Origin: an uncultured Gemmatimonadaceae bacterium
Lineage (GTDB): Bacteria; Gemmatimonadota; Gemmatimonadetes; Gemmatimonadales; Gemmatimonadaceae
Direction of reading: 5' to 3'
DNA length: 64,000 nt
NCBI GenBank assembly: GCA_963716745.1
Contig: OY970320.1
Coordinates: 1,824,001-1,888,000, forward strand
Shown here: positions 58,097 to 64,000 of the stretch, in pieces
Position numbering within the stretch: position 1 is the first letter of the stretch
How the letters are laid out: each line of letters begins with the position of its first letter
Position numbers and translations under genes: made by a program
Notes under the pieces: model-generated
The model's database searches: none
What the model saw: the letters and a program-made list of their open reading frames with translations, nothing else
Told to the model about the DNA's origin: nothing

Positions 58097-58152
58097 TTGA
58101 CGCCCGCATCCGGATAGACTAAATATGCACGCGGGTCGCATATTTATTCTTT
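58097..58152 (+). promoter_or_regulatory. argG promoter with tandem ARG boxes
   Basis: TTGACG 58097-58102; boxes ATAGACTAAATATGCACG (58114-58131) and GTCGCATATTTATTCTTT (58135-58152), 3-bp spacer. Confidence 0.7.
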
Positions 58153-58169
58153 CCCTTGCCTGCCTGCCC

Positions 58170-59424
<1,255 letters not shown>

Positions 59425-59428
<4 letters not shown>

Positions 59429-60876
59429 CGCCGCTCAAACTCGACGGCGCCGCCGCGCACAAGCTCTGGGGAGGCCGCTTCAGCGGCGACTCCGCACCCG
59501 AGCTCGACACGCTCAACCGCTCGATCGACGTCGATCTTCGCCTCTGGCCGTTCGACATCCAACTCTCCAAGGCCTGGGCCGTCGCGCTCTGGCACGCCGG
59601 CGTCGTCACGCTCGACGAGAGCCGCGCGCTCGAGCACGGACTCGACGCCGTCGCCGCGCGGCTCCGCGCCGGCGCCGCGCCCGTTCCGTCGGACGAGGAT
59701 GTGCACACGCTCATCGACCGCCTCCTGCACGACGAGGTGGGCGACGTCGCCTCGAAACTCCACACGGGCCGCAGCCGCAACGATCAGGTCGCGACCGCCA
59801 CGCGGCTGTGGGCGATGGACGCCGTGTCCGCGCTCGACGCCGCGGTCCGCACGCTCCAGCATGTGATCGTCGCGCACGCGAGCGACCTGCACCACGCGCG
59901 CGCGCTCATGCCCTCGTACACGCACCTGCAGCGCGCGCAGCCGGTCGCCGCGGCGCACTGGATGCTCTCGCACTTCTGGCCGCTCGACCGCGATCGCCGC
60001 CGGCTCGCCGCCGCATCGCGCGCCGCCGCCTCGCTCCCGCTCGGCTCCGGCGCGATCGCGGGCTGCGCGTTCCCGGTCTCGCGCGTTCTCCTGCAGGAGA
60101 CGCTCGGCTTCGCGCGCCTCTCGCCCAATAGCATCGATGCGGTGAGCGATCGCGACTTCGTCGCCGATCTGCTCTACGCCGCAGCGATGCTCGGCGTGCA
60201 TCTCTCGCGGCTCGCCGAGGATCTCGTGCTCTTCGGCACAGCCGAGTTCGGATTCATCCGGTTCGGCGAACGCTTCACCACCGGCTCGAGCATGATGCCG
60301 CAGAAGCGGAATCCCGATGTGTTCGAGCTGGCGCGCGGATCCGGCGGCCGCGTGCTCGGCGACCTCACTGCGCTCCTCGCGACGCTCAAGGGATTGCCCA
60401 CGGGCTACAACAAGGACATCCAGGACGACAAACGAGCCTTGTTCGACGCGGTCGACACCATGCAGCGTGTCCTCCCTGCCGTCGCCGGCGCGCTCGCAGA
60501 GTGCACCTTCCGCCCCGACCGGATGCATGAGTCGCTCTCGAGCACGATGATGGCGACCGACCTCGCGGATCACCTCGTCGCGAAGGGCGTGACCTTCCGC
60601 GATGCGCACGCGGCCGTCGGGCGCTTGGTGCGCGAGGCTGAGGCCGCCAGCGTCGAACTCCACGCGCTGCCGGTGAAGTCGTTCTCACAGGCGCACGCCG
60701 CGTTCGGCACCGACCTCGGCGACGCGCTCTCGGCGGAAGCGAGTGTGGCGCGCCGCGAGGTCGAGGGCGCGACCGGCCCGAATGCGGTGACCGCGCAGCT
60801 CGAGGCTGCCGTTGCGACGCTTACGGTTCCAGTGGACGTTCCGCGCGGCAACGCACTCCATCTCGCGCGCGATTAG
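59425..60876 (+). CDS. argH: Argininosuccinate lyase
   Basis: LWGGRF, HTGRSRNDQ, YTHLQRAQP, GSSMMPQKRNPD, YNKDIQ. Confidence 0.95.
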
Positions 60877-60903
60877 CCGCTCGTCGCTGCACGAGCGCGA
60901 ATG

Positions 60904-60938
60904 AAAAAAGGGCGGCACTCTCGCGAGTGCCGCCCTTT
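60904..60938. terminator. Bidirectional terminator
   Basis: AAAAAAGGGCGGCACTC-tcgc-GAGTGCCGCCCTTT. Confidence 0.88.
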
Positions 60939-60960
60939 CCATTCGACCGTGGTCGGCGCG

Positions 60961-61173
60961 TTAGCGCTTGGTCACGTTCTCAGCCGCGGGACCCTTCTGC
61001 CCCTCGACGATGTCGAACTCCACCGCCTCGCCTTCGGCCAGCGTCTTGAAGCCGCTGCCCTGGATCGCGCTGTAGTGGACGAAGCAGTCCTTCTGACCGT
61101 TGTCCGGGGTGATGAAGCCGAACCCCTTCGCGTCGTTGAACCACTTCACTTTGCCTGTGACACGCATTGCCAT
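60961..61173 (-). CDS. Cold-shock protein
   Basis: [31 protein letters not shown]. Confidence 0.97.
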   Translation of the reverse strand: MAMRVTGKVKWFNDAKGFGFITPDNGQKDCFVHYSAIQGSGFKTLAEGEAVEFDIVEGQKGPAAENVTKR

Positions 61174-61374
61174 ACTCCTGAAGATGTTTGTTCAGGGTGC
61201 GGCATGCGCCTTTCCCTGACCAAGTGATGCCTGACGCGAGCGGATTTGCCAGCGCGCCGAGCTCCACCTGCTTCCCCGAAACTACAAAACCCGGACGAGA
61301 GAGCCGCCCGGGTCCTCTAACGAGATGCGGGTGGTGCCTGGCCCGAATATAGGCCTGCCCCGGGATCGGGGCAA
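61174..61374 (-). promoter_or_regulatory. csp promoter and long leader containing terminator-like hairpin
   Basis: TTGCCC (61369-61374)-N17-TATATT (61346-61351); hairpin plus U-run at 61286-61313. Confidence 0.6.
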
Positions 61375-61389
61375 TAGTGGACTTTAGGC

Positions 61390-61818
61390 CTACGGGCTGG
61401 CGGGGGCGGCTATCGGGTTCACTCCTACCACATAGTACTCGGTATCGCCGAAACAGCTGGTCGGCACGCCCTTGTGCTGCTCGTAGATGATCGCGACCCG
61501 CTGGCCGGCCATGCCGCGCAGCAGCTGCGCGACGGAATCGTTCCGGACGGTGAAGTCGAACACTTCGGGCATCGTGCCCGGGAGGTTCGCCATCGCGATC
61601 TCTCCCTCCCACGTCTTACAGATCCAGCCCTTCTCCGAGAATTTCTGCAGGTAGCCCGCGCGGTCGCCCTTCGAGTACGAGAAAGCCAGCGCACTCCACG
61701 TGTATACCGCGAATACCACCGCAGGCACGAGGATCACGAGCGCCAACCATCGCTTCCACTTGAGCTTCTTGGGCGCCGCTCCGCCTGTCGCGGGCGCTGC
61801 ATCGGTCGCGTTCGTCAT
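61390..61818 (-). CDS. Membrane-anchored hypothetical protein
   Basis: One TM then YSKGDRAGYLQKFSEKGWICKTWEGE..FDFTV..GDTEYYV. Confidence 0.75.
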   Translation of the reverse strand: MTNATDAAPATGGAAPKKLKWKRWLALVILVPAVVFAVYTWSALAFSYSKGDRAGYLQKFSEKGWICKTWEGEIAMANLPGTMPEVFDFTVRNDSVAQLLRGMAGQRVAIIYEQHKGVPTSCFGDTEYYVVGVNPIAAPASP

Positions 61819-61932
61819 GATCGCTCGCCTCAGAGGTGATCCCGCCTGCCCTCACCAATCTATGCCGCCGCTCCGTGGGCGCGAGACGCCATGGCATCCC
61901 CCTCGCTCCCGCTGCCGTCTATCTTTCCCACC

Positions 61933-63156
61933 ATGGCCTTCCTCGCGCGGCGCACCACAGTAACGGTTCGGGTCGGCGGCGTACCGGTCGGTTCGGGCCA
62001 TCCCGTGGTCGTGCAGTCGATGACCAACACCGACACGGCGGACGCCGCCGCCACCGCCACGCAGGTCGCCGAGCTCGCGGCCGCCGGCTCCGAGTTGGTC
62101 CGCGTCACGGTGAACAACGATGAGTCCGCCGCCGCCGTGCCGGAGATCATGCGCCGGCTCGCGGACGTGGGCGTCGTCGTCCCCGTCATCGGCGACTTCC
62201 ACTACAACGGGCATCTGCTGCTCGCCAAATATCCCGACTGTGCGCGCGTGCTCGCGAAGTACCGCATCAATCCGGGGAATGTCGGCGGCAAGCGCCGCGA
62301 TGAGAATTTCCGCACGATCATCCGGATCGCGATCGACCACGGGAAGCCCGTCCGGATCGGCGTGAACTGGGGCTCGCTCGACCAGGACCTTCTCACGCAG
62401 TTGATGGACGAGAACGCGAAGCGCTCGGAGCCGATGGAGGCGCGCGGGGTATATATCGAAGCGATGCTCGAGAGCGCGCTCCGGTCGGCGCAACTCGCCG
62501 AAGAGACGGGACTCGGTCACGACCGCATCATCCTCTCGGCGAAGGTCTCGGGCGTACAGGATCTCGTGGACGTCTACCGTCGCCTCGCGGCGCGCGCGGA
62601 CTACCCGCTCCACCTCGGCCTCACCGAGGCGGGACTCGGCACGAAAGGCGTGGTGGCGAGCACCGCCGGGCTCTCGATCCTGCTGGGCGAAGGCATCGGC
62701 GATACGATCCGGGTATCGCTCACGCCGCGGCCCGGCGGGGATCGCTCCGAAGAAGTGCGCGTCGCGCAGCAGATCCTGCAATCGCTTGGGCTCCGGAGCT
62801 TCGCGCCGCAGGTCACCGCGTGCCCCGGGTGTGGGCGCACGACGTCGACGTTCTTCCAGCAGATGGCGGAGGATATCCAGACCTATCTGCGCGACCAGAT
62901 GCCTTCGTGGCGCGAACGACATCCGGGCGTCGAGGAGATGCGTGTGGCCGTGATGGGCTGCGTGGTGAACGGTCCCGGTGAATCGAAGCACGCGAACATC
63001 GGGATCTCCCTGCCGGGCACGGCCGAGGATCCGCGTGCGCCGGTGTACGTGGATGGCCAGCTCCACGTCACGCTCAAGGGCGATATGATCGTGCCGGAGT
63101 TCCTGCGAATCCTCGAGAGCTACGTCGCGCGCGCGTACCCGGCCCAAGGCGCTTAG
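61933..63156 (+). CDS. ispG: HMBPP synthase (MEP pathway)
   Basis: [53 protein letters not shown]. Confidence 0.96.
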   Translation: MAFLARRTTVTVRVGGVPVGSGHPVVVQSMTNTDTADAAATATQVAELAAAGSELVRVTVNNDESAAAVPEIMRRLADVGVVVPVIGDFHYNGHLLLAKYPDCARVLAKYRINPGNVGGKRRDENFRTIIRIAIDHGKPVRIGVNWGSLDQDLLTQLMDENAKRSEPMEARGVYIEAMLESALRSAQLAEETGLGHDRIILSAKVSGVQDLVDVYRRLAARADYPLHLGLTEAGLGTKGVVASTAGLSILLGEGIGDTIRVSLTPRPGGDRSEEVRVAQQILQSLGLRSFAPQVTACPGCGRTTSTFFQQMAEDIQTYLRDQMPSWRERHPGVEEMRVAVMGCVVNGPGESKHANIGISLPGTAEDPRAPVYVDGQLHVTLKGDMIVPEFLRILESYVARAYPAQGA

Positions 63157-63163
63157 AGAGCGC

Positions 63164-63772
63164 TCAGTCGTTCGCGCGGTAGCGCTCGAGCTCCTTCACG
63201 ACCGCGTCGAGTTCCACCATGATCGGAGCGTGGAATCCAGCTGCACGCAGCCGGCGCGCGACTTCGCCATACCAATCGAGCGTGCCGGTCCGTCCCGCGG
63301 CAAAACGGCTCCATATCGATTCGGGGAATTCCGTGCGCCGCAGGTTCGCCAATAGAGTGCTCGCCATGTGGACGCTCACGGCGGCGATCACCCAGTGGCC
63401 GCGCGGGGAGGCCGACGCGAGCCGGTCGAGCTGGTCCTGCTTGCGTTCCGGCGGCGAAAGTTCTACTCCATCATCATCGCTGCGCCGCTCGACGATGCTC
63501 AGCGCGACGGTCTGCACCCCAGTGCCGAACTTCTCGGCGATGCGACTGCTCAGCATCTCCGGTGTGTAGCCATCGCGAACGAAGTCCTCGACCGCGTCGA
63601 CGACGATCGCCGAAACGATCGTCTCGTCATCCTGGCCGTAACGGGCTAGAATGAGTGCAACATTCGGCGCTGATATAAGGTAGGGGAGGCGCGTGCCCTT
63701 TCGCGTCTCTTGGTCGTGATGCTTCGTCGCGAAGGCGAAGGCGTGGTTGATGGAATCGGAGTAGCCAAGCAT
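63164..63772 (-). CDS. RelA/SpoT hydrolase (SAH/Mesh1)-like HD protein with degenerate metal ligands
   Basis: AFAFATKHHDQETRKG..PYLIS..VALIL..SAIVVDAVED..FG..WSRF..WY. Confidence 0.7.
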   Translation of the reverse strand: MLGYSDSINHAFAFATKHHDQETRKGTRLPYLISAPNVALILARYGQDDETIVSAIVVDAVEDFVRDGYTPEMLSSRIAEKFGTGVQTVALSIVERRSDDDGVELSPPERKQDQLDRLASASPRGHWVIAAVSVHMASTLLANLRRTEFPESIWSRFAAGRTGTLDWYGEVARRLRAAGFHAPIMVELDAVVKELERYRAND

Positions 63773-64000
63773 TGTCGCGACAACTTAACGCGGGCCGCGC
63801 CCCAAGGGGACGAGCGACCTCGAGCGGTGAGTGATATGTATTGTAAGCGGGTTTTGCACTTTAGTTGCGATGTGACGTAAAACTATAGCGCATTCTAATG
63901 GGGTTCCGCAGGTTGCGATGGTGGGCTGGATGCCTATATCCAGGTGTCGCTGGAACAGCTATAACAGACAGTTGATCGAAGATACGCTCAAGCTTGGATA

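Noticed and set aside
61200..61260. c-di-GMP-I riboswitch (GGCAAA..GAAA in csp leader)
   Set aside because: Could not build the P1-P3 stems or tetraloop receptor

Overview
A visibly GC-rich (not computed) bacterial chromosomal segment, mostly housekeeping and secreted-hydrolase genes. Gene content is compatible with Gemmatimonadota, which is an inference only. It carries several peptidases and amidohydrolases, ettA, convergent type III and type I glutamine synthetases, mqnD, a multi-GAF kinase/HD-GYP pair next to a TolC-MFP-RND efflux operon, an S41/TolB-like/SPFH/YhaM operon, two cold-shock genes, an NrtR-type regulator, GH3, yggX, a desaturase, moeB/Z, thrB, a divergent argCBDA / argRGH cluster and ispG. 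I saw no tRNA, rRNA, CRISPR array, integrase or transposase. About ten genes-internal frameshifts are all consistent with a single extra base and are most likely long-read errors. The most interesting signals are a recurrent ECF-sigma-like GGAAC-N16-18-GTAT promoter before envelope-related genes, a 23-bp motif shared by both GS promoters, an orphan plasmid-type replication initiator, a degenerate [FeFe]-hydrogenase/Nar1-like Fe-S protein, a catalytically degenerate alarmone-hydrolase homologue, an acidic/basic H1-like protein and an attenuator-like csp leader. No single clearly novel multi-gene system can be demonstrated from the sequence alone.
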